Of a stretch of 64,000 bases of DNA, positions 1 through 10,158 are shown in pieces. The notes beneath the pieces were generated by a model. The model was not told the DNA's origin, did no database searches, and was given only the letters and a program-made list of their open reading frames with translations. The DNA comes from an uncultured Candidatus Saccharibacteria bacterium (GTDB taxonomy: Bacteria; Patescibacteriota; CALEFQ01): contig OZ246404.1 in the NCBI GenBank assembly GCA_965230955.1, positions 856,790 to 920,789 of the forward strand, written 5' to 3'. Positions within the stretch are counted from its first letter, which is position 1; each line of letters opens with the position of its first letter. Both the position numbers and the translations under genes were made by a program.

Positions 1-95
1 TAACCGCTGATAAAATAAAAAACCATTGCCCCCAGCAGAACCCAGGCAAAAACGCGGTCAATTTTGACTAAGAAATAATTAAACGATTTAGCCAT
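1..95 (-). CDS. N-terminal part of a membrane protein running off the window edge
   Basis: ATG at 95 reads MAKSFNYFLVKIDRVFAWVLLGAMVFYFISG, open to the edge, with a hydrophobic segment. Confidence 0.5.
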   Translation of the reverse strand, partial: MAKSFNYFLVKIDRVFAWVLLGAMVFYFISG

Positions 96-154
96 CTTCT
101 TATATCTTATATCTTAATTCTTAAATCTTATATCTTTCTCGTCGCCACCGATGC

Positions 155-1999
155 CTAAATCAATCCCGACCGCACCATCTGTCGCGCCAGCTCGCGGGGC
201 AAAGGAATACGGCGTTCGCCGGACAGCCAATTCAGGGAGTAATTATTGATGACTCCTACTACTCGCTGGCGGGCTTGTTCGATCAACTGAGCCGGCGACA
301 AAGCCGTCCAATGGGTCGGAATGCGATACTGATTAACATCAATATACTTTTTCAATTCTTCAGTACGGTTAGCCAATAGAGCGATGTCATGAAAAGATTC
401 AACCGCATCTTCAAATGCCTGGCTGATATCACTCTCGTGCCGGGCACCTCGATAAAATGCCGGCATGAACGGAAATTCCCGGCTAACTAATTCTTTCAGC
501 TCAGTTTCTTCCGTGAGCGCCCTCTGTCCGCTCGCCCATTCATCAAAACCGATATTTTTCTTTTCTACTTGGTAAGAATCGGCCAACACCCGCTGTAGCG
601 TATATTCGCTCCCGCAAGTCGAAGTTATTTTACTGATACCTGACTTAGGGCCGCGATGATTGAGCGCCGTCAAACTATCATTTTGGATATCTTGCTCGTA
701 TTGCCGAGACAATTCCGCCGGCGGTAATGCGGCATTGCCTCCGGACAAACTGATGATCGTCGCGTTTTCCGGCAGTCGAACTCCCGGCTGGGTGGGATCA
801 ACCAGCCAGAAAGTATCAGCCGGTTGCATCGCCCGCATCAAACCGTTAGCTTTGACTAACTGACCCAACGGCGCCACTATGGCATAAGGCGATCCTTGCC
901 AGGTGTCCACCTGCATCATGCCCGCTATCGTCGCTACCCCATCCAGGGCAAAATGGACGGTATTGCGACCGACCCGGCCACCAGTAGCTTGCGCGTGAGT
1001 GGGGATATACCAATGTTGATCCGCTTCATTATATACCGGGTAATATTTTGTCATATGGATGCCAACATGCTTGTCCAGCTCGGCGATCACACTTTCCGGT
1101 ATTTCCAGCTTCCCCTCTGTTTCATATTTAGCTTGAATTGTTTCCAGTTGTTTAACCCTTTTTACCAAAGCTTCCTGGTCCGAGGGCGCGTAATGCGTAG
1201 TTTTCAAATCAGCGATTAGCTGATCCTTTTTAGAGATTATTTCTTCTAAATCACTGGGCGGGAAATTATCTTGCTCGTCTTGCTTTTTTGCTTCCAGTTC
1301 TCGGTAAGCGGCCGCACTGCCCAATTGGCTTTCCCAAAGCAAGCGCCGTCCCTCACTGAAATTCGCCTGGTCAAACAAGCCTTTCTCATTGAAACTGGCT
1401 GCGATAATCAAATCATAAGCTTCAACCGGCGAGAGCGGTTCGGGTTTTTCCCCTTTAGCTTCGGGCGCCAAGAGAGTGCGCGCTAAAACAGCGGCGTCTA
1501 AAATAGACTCCGGATCATTGCCGTCCACCAGTAAAAGAACTTTTCCCTCGCGCGCCGCTTGGCTAATTTTTTCCGGCTGATTGATACTCAAGCCAGTTTG
1601 CGGTTTTTCACGATATATTTGAGTATAGGCATCCACCGGCCGTAAATCCTTAAAGGGCTCGTCCCAGCCCTGTGATACTCGCCCGTGATATTTTTTTTGA
1701 AATTTGCCGCGCCGGTGATAGGGTATGATATCCGACGCCTGTTCTTTCAGTTGTTGCCAATTATCGTGCGCGACAGACGCTTCCCGGGCATAGGGCAAAT
1801 CTCCGCAATAAATTACCGTCTTGCCTTTAACCAACTCCGGATCAAACAGCTGTTCCTGATGCTTAAAAACCAGCGATATTTTCTTATCGCTAAATCGGTA
1901 TTCGTATTCCGGATATTCTACCCCGTCGCGGTCTTCAATCGTTTTCACCTCGCCTCGCTCAAAAAACAGCGGAGCGGTTTCCGACTTGGCATCTTCCAA
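155..1999 (-). CDS. hypothetical protein, 614 aa
   Basis: Long ORF with no family recognised; start uncertain (TTG). Confidence 0.7.
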   Translation of the reverse strand: MEDAKSETAPLFFERGEVKTIEDRDGVEYPEYEYRFSDKKISLVFKHQEQLFDPELVKGKTVIYCGDLPYAREASVAHDNWQQLKEQASDIIPYHRRGKFQKKYHGRVSQGWDEPFKDLRPVDAYTQIYREKPQTGLSINQPEKISQAAREGKVLLLVDGNDPESILDAAVLARTLLAPEAKGEKPEPLSPVEAYDLIIAASFNEKGLFDQANFSEGRRLLWESQLGSAAAYRELEAKKQDEQDNFPPSDLEEIISKKDQLIADLKTTHYAPSDQEALVKRVKQLETIQAKYETEGKLEIPESVIAELDKHVGIHMTKYYPVYNEADQHWYIPTHAQATGGRVGRNTVHFALDGVATIAGMMQVDTWQGSPYAIVAPLGQLVKANGLMRAMQPADTFWLVDPTQPGVRLPENATIISLSGGNAALPPAELSRQYEQDIQNDSLTALNHRGPKSGISKITSTCGSEYTLQRVLADSYQVEKKNIGFDEWASGQRALTEETELKELVSREFPFMPAFYRGARHESDISQAFEDAVESFHDIALLANRTEELKKYIDVNQYRIPTHWTALSPAQLIEQARQRVVGVINNYSLNWLSGERRIPLPRELARQMVRSGLI

Positions 2000-2270
2000 T
2001 TTTGCCGGCTTCGCTTACGTTACTGTAATCTCCGTGATGGCACTCTCACCTTTGGGCATAATGGTCATTTTAATTTGACGCGGAACGGCGCTCGTGCCGG
2101 CCCGACTTCTCAACGGTAGCACAGAATCAGCCGCGGTTCAAATCACATTTACCGGTACTAGAGACATTAGTATAGACATAGCTCCGGCAAAAAAAACATT
2201 GCACTTAGCAAAAATAATAAAAAAACTGGTAACTGCCGAAGCAATTACCAGCGAAAAAATGGTCACTAAT

Positions 2271-2504
2271 TTAATCCAGATACAATCGAGATTTGTTACC
2301 TTGCACAAACAAAGTCGCGATTACTTTGCCGGATTTCCGCCAGCAAATCGGCGTGCAAGCCTGCGGAGCTTTTCCCAACTCCGCTTCAACTATTTCCCGC
2401 AATCGGGAAAAATCATTGACGCTGGCTTTTACCATCCCCCCTCCACGAGACACAGTTTCAACCTTAAACCCCGCTTTGATCAAAAGATCTTGCAAATTAT
2501 TCAT
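2271..2504 (-). CDS. small hypothetical protein, 77 aa
   Basis: GGAGGGG RBS before ATG at 2504 (MNNLQDLL). Confidence 0.55.
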   Translation of the reverse strand: MNNLQDLLIKAGFKVETVSRGGGMVKASVNDFSRLREIVEAELGKAPQACTPICWRKSGKVIATLFVQGNKSRLYLD

Positions 2505-2594
2505 TTCCCCTCCTTCCGAAAAAGAAAATCGTAAATGCATCGAAGAGATTAACTGATAATAATACACTAAACGCGGCAAATGTCAAGGCTAAAT

Positions 2595-3056
2595 CTAAAT
2601 CACACTATGAATATTCACCACTCCGCTGGCGACTTCAAAAGTGACCGTCCGCCCGGAATTACCCCCGGTATCTTCTTTTTCGATAAAAATATCCAGCTCT
2701 TTCAATTTTTCTTGGGCCGCGGCCACATTGCGGCGGCCGACACAGTCCGGGGTGCTTATTTTCTGAAACATAGTCGCCCCGCCGATAATTTTCGCTTGGA
2801 GATGTTCGCGCCGGGCGCCGAGTTTAATTACTTCGCCCAGCAAACTATCGATCGCCTCGTCAATATATTTTGCCGGATGCGAGCGATCATCGTCCGCTCG
2901 GCGGTGCGGCAACATCGCGTGCGCCAAACCACCGATACGCGACTGCGGATCCCACAACACAATAATCACACACGAACCGATACTGCCAGTGGTGATTGCC
3001 ACTTGCCGGTCGCCGACCGCCAGATCCGCCGTATTGACATGGAGAGTATTTATCAT
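2595..3056 (-). CDS. cheD: chemoreceptor glutamine deamidase CheD
   Basis: GSCV (catalytic Cys), GGLAHAMLP (His), KIIGGA, DTGGNSGR motifs; Che context. Confidence 0.93.
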   Translation of the reverse strand: MINTLHVNTADLAVGDRQVAITTGSIGSCVIIVLWDPQSRIGGLAHAMLPHRRADDDRSHPAKYIDEAIDSLLGEVIKLGARREHLQAKIIGGATMFQKISTPDCVGRRNVAAAQEKLKELDIFIEKEDTGGNSGRTVTFEVASGVVNIHSVI

Positions 3057-3676
3057 GGGGCGGGTAACAATTTCCGGGCGGCATTAAGCAGGGCCGCGGA
3101 AGCTTTAGCATCAAACAAAAAATATAAATCACCGGAAAGCGGAGAGGAATTAACCGACAACGTCACCTTGAAAGACAAGACTCGGCCTTCGGCCTGGCCG
3201 ATTTCCAAAACCACCGAATCCGTCACCGCCCCGAGGCGATCAATCGCCACGTCGGGAATGGTGTGCATGATTTTCAGACCCAACAAACGGCCGAAAGCGG
3301 CAATGGCCGTCCCCAGCATAATATTTCCCATTTCTTGCAAAGCCGAAAGATCGGCCTGCTCGAATTTTTCCAGACTTTCTTTGGGCTGGTGCGTCATCTG
3401 TCCGGCCAGACTGATCGCGCTGGAAGGCGGGAAAATTGCCGTCAGAGCGCCGGACACCTCGCCGTGTATTTTGAGAAATACCGCCAGTACTTTTTCATCT
3501 TTGCGGCCCATCGTCATCTGCACTTCGGCCAGCGGGCCGATCAGAGCCTGAGGCACCGACATTCCGACGCGCTGATTCAGCAATTCCGCCAAAGAAGTCG
3601 CGGCATTCCCCGCGCCAATATTAACAATTTCTTTCAAGCTGTCGATTTCGGTCTGGCTCCAATTCACTTGATCCAT
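3053..3676 (-). CDS. cheC: CheY-P phosphatase CheC
   Basis: Two DxxxExxN motifs (DSLKEIVNIGAGNAATSL and SALQEMGNIM); overlaps cheD start. Confidence 0.92.
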   Translation of the reverse strand: MDQVNWSQTEIDSLKEIVNIGAGNAATSLAELLNQRVGMSVPQALIGPLAEVQMTMGRKDEKVLAVFLKIHGEVSGALTAIFPPSSAISLAGQMTHQPKESLEKFEQADLSALQEMGNIMLGTAIAAFGRLLGLKIMHTIPDVAIDRLGAVTDSVVLEIGQAEGRVLSFKVTLSVNSSPLSGDLYFLFDAKASAALLNAARKLLPAP

Positions 3677-3683
3677 ATAACTA

Positions 3684-5402
3684 TCATCTTAATAATTTAG
3701 AAGTATCGGCCAGCAAACTGACAATATCCAGAATCAAGATCGCTCGGCCATCGCCCAAAATCGAAGAGCCGGAAAACCCCGGAATCCCTCGGACAATCGA
3801 CGGCAGCGGTTTGACCGTTATTTCTTGATTACGCACCACCTCATCGACCACCAAGCCCGCCCAAGCTTTGCCTCTTCGGGCCAGCACCAGCGTCAGCGAT
3901 TGGCGATTAAGCGGAACCGGTACTCCTTGCGCCAGCGCGAATATTTTTCGGAGATTGACCAGCGGGACTTCCCGGCCATCGATGACGGCGATATCCTGAT
4001 CGGCCATACTTTTGATATTGTCCGGAGCCACTCGCACAGTTCTTTCAATACTGGTAAAAGGCAAAGCAAAGAGACTGTCGCCGACACGAGTTAGCATGGC
4101 TTTGATAATCGCCAGCGACAGCGGTAATTCCATGGTGAAACGCGCCCCCCCGCCGATTTTACCGGACTGGCCGCTGATAGGCGATTCGATATACAAATGT
4201 CCGCCCATCCGGGCGACAAATAATTTGACGACGCTCAGACCCACCCCGCGGCCAGAGACTTCCGAGACTTCCGTTTTGGTTGACAGGCGCGGATGCAGGA
4301 TTAATTGTTCGACTTCCTTGGGAACATCATTCGGATGCGCTTTTAACTGCGCTTCCATCTGATTACCAGTCTCGATGGAAATAATCCCGCGCGTCTTCCC
4401 CACCTCAATCACTTTCAACCAGTTGATCGCGTTCCCGTCATTGGTGACGGACACCATGGCGAATCCTTTTTCTCGTTTTGCTTCTAATTTTATGACTCCG
4501 GTTTTTTCTATCCCGTGATCAACCGCGTTGCGCAACAAGTGCATCACCGGATCAGGCAGTTCGTCCACGATAGTCCGATCAAGTTCCAGCTCGCCGCCGA
4601 TCATTTCAAAACTGACTTGTTTTCTCATTTGGTACGAAATATCGCGCACAAGCCGGGGGAAACGGACAAAAACCTGATTGACGGGAACCAGTCGGACTTG
4701 CATGACCTGGTACTGGATATCAGAAACCAAGCGGTGGAAATGGTCCAGCGAATCTTTCATGGCCTGATTGGCCAAAGGGAAACGCTCTAATTTCATACGA
4801 TCAATCAAAAGTTCTTCGGTCAGCGACATCAGTTTGTCCAGCCTTTCGACCGGCACCTTAATATGATCAACTTTTTCCGTCACCGATGACGTATCAACCT
4901 CCGTCGTCGGCGCCGCCCGATCCACCAAACCGGCGTGGCTCACTCGGCTGGGCATTTTTACGGCGGCGATCGGTTTGCCGTCAGCGGTGCGCCGTGATTT
5001 TCCCGTGCCTTCCGTCTCGACACCGGTCAGCTTTTTAATTTTGTCGGCCATGGCGGTAACCGATAATTCCGGCTTACCTTTTTTTAGCGCCTGTAATGAT
5101 TTCTTGATCAAATCCAAAGTGCGATACACCAGATCGATGGTTTTCTGGTCAATGGTGAAAAGATCATTGCGGGCATAGTCAAAAACATCTTCCAGCACGT
5201 GGGTCAAAAAAGCCAGCTGAGTGAATCCCATCATGGCCGAAGAACCCTTAAAGTTATGCGCTTGCCGCATCAGATTATCGAGCATGATCTTGTCTTTCGG
5301 TTTTTTTTCCAGGGACAACAAACCGTCGTTGAGCCTTTGCCAAGTTTCTTCGGCCTCCGCGAAGTACAGAGATTTAAATTGATTGAGGTCGTTATTGGCC
5401 AT
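3684..5402 (-). CDS. cheA: chemotaxis histidine kinase CheA, apparently without P2 domain
   Basis: Hpt AHNFKGSS, dimerisation VERLDKLM, HLLRNAVDHG, SGRGVGL, C-terminal CheW-like domain. Confidence 0.95.
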   Translation of the reverse strand: MANNDLNQFKSLYFAEAEETWQRLNDGLLSLEKKPKDKIMLDNLMRQAHNFKGSSAMMGFTQLAFLTHVLEDVFDYARNDLFTIDQKTIDLVYRTLDLIKKSLQALKKGKPELSVTAMADKIKKLTGVETEGTGKSRRTADGKPIAAVKMPSRVSHAGLVDRAAPTTEVDTSSVTEKVDHIKVPVERLDKLMSLTEELLIDRMKLERFPLANQAMKDSLDHFHRLVSDIQYQVMQVRLVPVNQVFVRFPRLVRDISYQMRKQVSFEMIGGELELDRTIVDELPDPVMHLLRNAVDHGIEKTGVIKLEAKREKGFAMVSVTNDGNAINWLKVIEVGKTRGIISIETGNQMEAQLKAHPNDVPKEVEQLILHPRLSTKTEVSEVSGRGVGLSVVKLFVARMGGHLYIESPISGQSGKIGGGARFTMELPLSLAIIKAMLTRVGDSLFALPFTSIERTVRVAPDNIKSMADQDIAVIDGREVPLVNLRKIFALAQGVPVPLNRQSLTLVLARRGKAWAGLVVDEVVRNQEITVKPLPSIVRGIPGFSGSSILGDGRAILILDIVSLLADTSKLLR

Positions 5403-5408
5403 GTGGTT

Positions 5409-6470
5409 TCAAGAACATAATTGAACCAAACGGGAAGCGATATTTTCCGGGGTCAAAATTTCGTCGGCCAGTCGCCGATCAAGCACGGCGCGCGGCATAG
5501 AATCCACCACGGCGCTATTTAATTCTTGGATGATGGTGTATCCACCCGCTTTTTTGATAGCCGCCATGCCCTCGACACCGTCTTGCCCCATACCGGTCAA
5601 AATTACTCCTATGGCTTTCTTCCCCAAAGCGGCCGCGGAAGACATCGTCCGATCAATCGACGGCGATAGCGCCTGTGAAGTCGGCACCGGCATGATTTCC
5701 ACCGTGACTGATCCGGTCGGCGAAACGGACAACTCCAAGTTTTTGTCTCCGGGAACCATTAGCGCTTGCCCGGACAGCAGAGTTTCTTTTCCCGCCGCTT
5801 CCTTGAGATCCAGTGGCGATCGACGGTCCAAACGCCGAACAAACCGAGAAACAAAAAATTCCGGCATATGCTGAACGATAATTACCGCCGCCGGTAAATT
5901 AGCTGGCAAAGAAGCGAGGATTTGTTCCACCACTACCGGTCCCCCCGTCGAAGAACCGATGATAATAATTTTTTTAGGAGTCTGGCGCCCGATTATTTTG
6001 GGAGTAAGCGAAGGCGCCGGCAATCCCGCCGGACGCTGAACCCGAGCCTGTCCGGCCGTGATAATGGAGCTAACCAACTTTTGCTCGATTTCTTTGATAC
6101 TCACAGACAATTCCCCGGACGGTTTCGTGACATAATCAACCGCCCCCGCCCGCAAACACTCGAATGTTTCCTCGGCGCCGTCATTGGTGTAAGCCGATAA
6201 CATCACAATCGCCGGCGGATGATCGGGAATCGACGCCATAATTTTTTCGATTGTCTGCGCGCCATTCAGTACCGGCATATGATAATCCATCACGATCACA
6301 TCCGGCCGGAGACTGACCGCCAAGCCGATCGCGGTAACGCCATCGGGAGCCTGCCCCACGACTTCCAATTCTGGCTGGACCCGCAAAACACTTTCAATCA
6401 CGCGCCTCATAAAAAAAGAGTCGTCCACAATCATCACCTTGATCTTGGAAGATTGGCGGGGAAAAACCAT
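5409..6470 (-). CDS. cheB: protein-glutamate methylesterase/deamidase CheB (REC plus esterase)
   Basis: REC domain; GSSTGGP, VQHMP and LTGMGQDG catalytic motifs. Confidence 0.95.
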   Translation of the reverse strand: MVFPRQSSKIKVMIVDDSFFMRRVIESVLRVQPELEVVGQAPDGVTAIGLAVSLRPDVIVMDYHMPVLNGAQTIEKIMASIPDHPPAIVMLSAYTNDGAEETFECLRAGAVDYVTKPSGELSVSIKEIEQKLVSSIITAGQARVQRPAGLPAPSLTPKIIGRQTPKKIIIIGSSTGGPVVVEQILASLPANLPAAVIIVQHMPEFFVSRFVRRLDRRSPLDLKEAAGKETLLSGQALMVPGDKNLELSVSPTGSVTVEIMPVPTSQALSPSIDRTMSSAAALGKKAIGVILTGMGQDGVEGMAAIKKAGGYTIIQELNSAVVDSMPRAVLDRRLADEILTPENIASRLVQLCS

Positions 6471-6483
6471 AGTCTGAAAAAAA

Positions 6484-6846
6484 TTAACTGCCCAAAACCT
6501 GTTGCACTTCTTTCAATACCTGTTCGCTATCAAACGGTTTAACAATATAGCCTTTAGCGCCCTTGGCTTTTGCTTCCGCGATAATTCCTTCCTGCCCGAC
6601 CGCGCTGATCATAATCACCGGGATTTTGGCGCCGACACTCTCCAGCACTTCCAGCCCTGTCTTGAGCGGCATAATGATGTCCAACAAGATTAAGCCGGGC
6701 TGTTCATCGGCTATTTTTTGAGTTGCTTCCTGGCCGTCGGCCGCCTCCGCAAAATTAGAGAATCCCGCTTTTTGTAAAATCCCTTTGATCACATTACGCA
6801 TAAAGGACGAATCGTCGGCAATGAGAATCTTTACGTTGTTAGCCAT
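6484..6846 (-). CDS. cheY: single-domain response regulator CheY
   Basis: ADDSSFMR, LLDIIMP, ISA, IVKPF. Confidence 0.9.
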   Translation of the reverse strand: MANNVKILIADDSSFMRNVIKGILQKAGFSNFAEAADGQEATQKIADEQPGLILLDIIMPLKTGLEVLESVGAKIPVIMISAVGQEGIIAEAKAKGAKGYIVKPFDSEQVLKEVQQVLGS

Positions 6847-6850
6847 AAAT

Positions 6851-7432
6851 TTAATTATTTATTTTACTCAATGATTCTGCTAGCTTTTCGGAAAAAATCA
6901 TGAAAAGAGTCGCTTCGACTTTCTCGGCGGCAATAGAAAGAACGGTCTTGAAAATTACCGCTTGGCCTTCGCCCAGAGTCAGATCTTGCTCCAATATTTT
7001 TTGTAAATTACCGGCCAAGATCATATGAGGAATGGTCGTCAACAATCTTTTTTTAGTCAAGGACGAGAGCTCTTCGAGATAAGCATTGGAAAGGATATTG
7101 AGAGTTTCCTTGATGGCCGAACGATCGCTTTCCAGCATAATACCGGTTGTCCCACGCGGCTGACCGGACAGCAAATCAATGAAAGTCAGAGCTTGCTCTC
7201 TTTCCAGCATCAGCATGGAAACACCAGGAATTCCGCTGATAACTTGAGTATAAACCACTACCGATTTTTCGCTGCCCACTTTGAGCGCAGTGAAAATAGT
7301 ACTGATCGGTACCAGCGTCGCTTCGGACACCGCGACTGAAACCGGTTGTTTGGCAAACTTGGAAAAAGCTTCCGACACCTTAAGAGAGCCGGCTTGGCTG
7401 GCTCGAGAAAGATGGGTTTGATTAATTTCCAT
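6851..7432 (-). CDS. cheC: CheC-like protein (second copy, N-terminal motif degenerate)
   Basis: SAIKETLNILSNAYL motif; CheC-like layout; operon context. Confidence 0.75.
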   Translation of the reverse strand: MEINQTHLSRASQAGSLKVSEAFSKFAKQPVSVAVSEATLVPISTIFTALKVGSEKSVVVYTQVISGIPGVSMLMLEREQALTFIDLLSGQPRGTTGIMLESDRSAIKETLNILSNAYLEELSSLTKKRLLTTIPHMILAGNLQKILEQDLTLGEGQAVIFKTVLSIAAEKVEATLFMIFSEKLAESLSKINN

Positions 7433-7436
7433 GTAA

Positions 7437-8036
7437 TTATTTCTTAAGAGTGTTTTGAATCTTTTGCCCGAGTTGCAGGAGCTCTTTTTCTTGAAGTATT
7501 TTGGAAAAATCCAGCAAAATCACCAGTCGGCTTTTCCCCTTGGCCCCCTGCTCGCGCTGACTTTTGGTTTTGAGATTGACACCGGCCTCGAGCACCACCA
7601 CTCCGGTCAAATAATCGGCGTGGATTTTACTGGAAACCAATTCAGGCGTCGGCTGAATCAAGCTGTGCGGCACCGGCAAAATTTCTTTGACGCTGTCCAC
7701 CATCAGGCCGTAAGTATTATTTTCTTTCTCCAAAACAATCATATGCCGGGGAGCGACGGGTTGCTCCCGGACCAAACCGAATCTTTTTTCCAGATCAATC
7801 ACCACTACGATTTTTCCACGCAAATTAAAAATCCCCTTGATAAAAATCGGAGCGCTGGGAATCGGCGTGATGGCCGGTATCAAGATAATACTTTGCAATT
7901 CAATCAGCGGCACGGCATATTCTTCTCCGTCAAGTTCAAAAACAAGCAGTTTGATAATTTCTTCCGCTTTTTTGTTTTTCTCACTCAGCTCATCCGCCAC
8001 TTGAGCGACAATTTTTTTTAGGTCTGTCGGGGGCAT
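7437..8036 (-). CDS. cheW: coupling protein CheW
   Basis: VFELDGEEYAV, GIFNLRGKIVVVIDL, GLMVDSV. Confidence 0.93.
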   Translation of the reverse strand: MPPTDLKKIVAQVADELSEKNKKAEEIIKLLVFELDGEEYAVPLIELQSIILIPAITPIPSAPIFIKGIFNLRGKIVVVIDLEKRFGLVREQPVAPRHMIVLEKENNTYGLMVDSVKEILPVPHSLIQPTPELVSSKIHADYLTGVVVLEAGVNLKTKSQREQGAKGKSRLVILLDFSKILQEKELLQLGQKIQNTLKK

Positions 8037-8040
8037 ATGT

Positions 8041-9852
8041 TTAGCCTCTTTTTACTTCAATTTTTTTCGTGACAGCCGGCGCCTGATTCGGAACAGTCTG
8101 AAGCGAAGAATGATTGACCAAGCCAGACAATTTCCGGAGTGATTCGGATAGCGCCAGTAATTGCTGAGCCGCGGCGGCCACTTGCTGATTGGCGGCGCTT
8201 TGCTGCTGAGTCGCTGCTGATAGCTGTTGGGCGCCGGAAGCGTTTTGCTCGGCCACCGAAGCGATGGCATCAAGCGTTTTGGCCGATTGCTGAATCGTCG
8301 CCGCTTGCTGTTGGATCGTGGTCGAAACTTCCCGAACCCGCTTAGTCACATCTTGAACGGAAGTAACCGCTCCGCCGATAGTCCGATTGACCTCGCCGAC
8401 AATATTTTTGATCTTGATTGCTGATTTTGCCGAATCATCAGCCAGTTTGCTGACCGAATCGGCCACCACGGCAAAACCTCGTCCGGCCTCGCCGGCGCGC
8501 GCCGCTTCAATCGCGGCGTTGAGAGCCAACAAATTTGTCTGATCGGAAATATTGGTGATCGTCTCGACAATCGCTTCGATACTCTCGGTACTCTGGCCAG
8601 CCAATTGCGCCAGCTGGGAAGTTTTGACGGCGCTGAGCGCGGCTTCCTGCGATGACGCCGACATCTGGCGCATCGACGCCGCCAGCTGGGTAATGCCTTT
8701 GGAAACTTCCTCGGCCTGCTTGGATTGTTGCATGGCTCCGGAAGCCACTTGCTGGGCGACGGAAGAATTCTGCTGAGAAGCGGAAGAAGTTTGCTGAGAT
8801 GAAGACGCCAGTTGTTGCGACGCCTGCCCCATCTGCTTAACGGCATCACGCAGCGGCCGGCGCACATATTCGGTAATAATCCGGGCGTACCACCAGCTGA
8901 AGAAAGCGAGGACCACCACAATGATGGCGCCAAAAAGGATTAACTGATCACGCAAAGTATATACCGGCGCCAAAATTTCCGATTGATCAACCTTGACGAT
9001 CGTGCACCAATTTTTCCCGAGCGCGGTATTGAACTCGTTTTGCCTAAAAGCGCCAATCACCGGAATGCCGCGATAATCAGTAACTGCTCCAAATGATTCT
9101 TCTCCCGCCGCACAGCGTCTGGGACCTTCGGCATCGATTTTTTTAGAGAGGATCTCCGCTTCCCCGGTATAACGCGAATCAGTCATCATGATCCGATCGG
9201 AATTAATGAGAAAAACATCGCCCGTTTTTCCCGCGGTGGCAGCCGTGTCTTTGACAATCTCATTTAGACCGACCAATTTTGCCCGCCCGACCAGAACCCG
9301 AGCCGTCGGACTTCCGGCGGCATCATGCACCGCCGTCGCCACCGCATAATTAAGCATGTCACCCACTTGGGATTTATACACATCAGTCACATACGGGCGC
9401 AACCGGCTGGTTGAATTTTTAAAGTAGTCTTTATCGCTACGATCCAAGCCGATATTTTTAGGATCGCTGGAAGCGATCGTGACACCGTTTGAATCCAGCA
9501 AGAAAAGTTCATAAAAATTATCACCCCGGTCGGCTTGCAGGTGAACCAGATGAGCCTGAGCTTCTTCGAAATCCGGCGTCCCCGGCTCCGACAAGAAAAC
9601 CTCATTGTCGGACAAGGCGGCAACTTCCAAGATATCGCCTTGGACTGATCCCACCAGCGCTTTCTCGGCAATTTCCGATAGCGCCGTCACGCGCTGAGTC
9701 GCACCATTTGTCAGAGCCGTCGAGGCTTCCTGGTAACTTAGCCAACCGAGAATAACCAGAGGCGTAATCGCCGCCACTAAAAAACCCAAAATCAGCCTGG
9801 CTGTCAGACCGAAACGGCTTTCTTTCTTTGCCTGGGAACGATCTTGATCCAT
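8041..9852 (-). CDS. methyl-accepting chemotaxis protein with Cache-type sensor
   Basis: Two TM helices; signalling tip [27 protein letters not shown]; Gln-rich heptads. Confidence 0.93.
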   Translation of the reverse strand: MDQDRSQAKKESRFGLTARLILGFLVAAITPLVILGWLSYQEASTALTNGATQRVTALSEIAEKALVGSVQGDILEVAALSDNEVFLSEPGTPDFEEAQAHLVHLQADRGDNFYELFLLDSNGVTIASSDPKNIGLDRSDKDYFKNSTSRLRPYVTDVYKSQVGDMLNYAVATAVHDAAGSPTARVLVGRAKLVGLNEIVKDTAATAGKTGDVFLINSDRIMMTDSRYTGEAEILSKKIDAEGPRRCAAGEESFGAVTDYRGIPVIGAFRQNEFNTALGKNWCTIVKVDQSEILAPVYTLRDQLILFGAIIVVVLAFFSWWYARIITEYVRRPLRDAVKQMGQASQQLASSSQQTSSASQQNSSVAQQVASGAMQQSKQAEEVSKGITQLAASMRQMSASSQEAALSAVKTSQLAQLAGQSTESIEAIVETITNISDQTNLLALNAAIEAARAGEAGRGFAVVADSVSKLADDSAKSAIKIKNIVGEVNRTIGGAVTSVQDVTKRVREVSTTIQQQAATIQQSAKTLDAIASVAEQNASGAQQLSAATQQQSAANQQVAAAAQQLLALSESLRKLSGLVNHSSLQTVPNQAPAVTKKIEVKRG

Positions 9853-9914
9853 ATTTTTGTTTTATTTAGATTGATGATAATTAGAATAAAACTGACAAGG
9901 ATACCGGCACTCGA

Positions 9915-10148
9915 CTAGCGGACTAATTTTAAGCGGTTCATCATTTCCGCCACCTTTTCTTGATCGATTAATAATTTTGAAGAAATTTCTATCCATTTAA
10001 AAAGTTCCGGCAGACTCTCCGCCGACAGTGTTTCTAAAGTGACTCCCCGGCCGACATGATGGGTAACCTGACGATTGACGAATTTTTCCGCGGCCGGTCC
10101 GAGATAATCAGTCACCACCGTAATTACAGCGCTGGATAAAGAATTCAT
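9915..10148 (-). CDS. small hypothetical protein in Che cluster
   Basis: 77-aa ORF co-oriented between the sensor and the MCP (YLGPAAEKFVNRQ). Confidence 0.7.
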   Translation of the reverse strand: MNSLSSAVITVVTDYLGPAAEKFVNRQVTHHVGRGVTLETLSAESLPELFKWIEISSKLLIDQEKVAEMMNRLKLVR

Positions 10149-10158
10149 ATCGATAAAT

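Noticed and set aside
2580-3551. Long + strand ORFs antisense to genes (2580-3551, 25997-27046, 16697-17368 and others)
   Set aside because: They fully overlap well-supported minus-strand genes and have no recognisable motifs.
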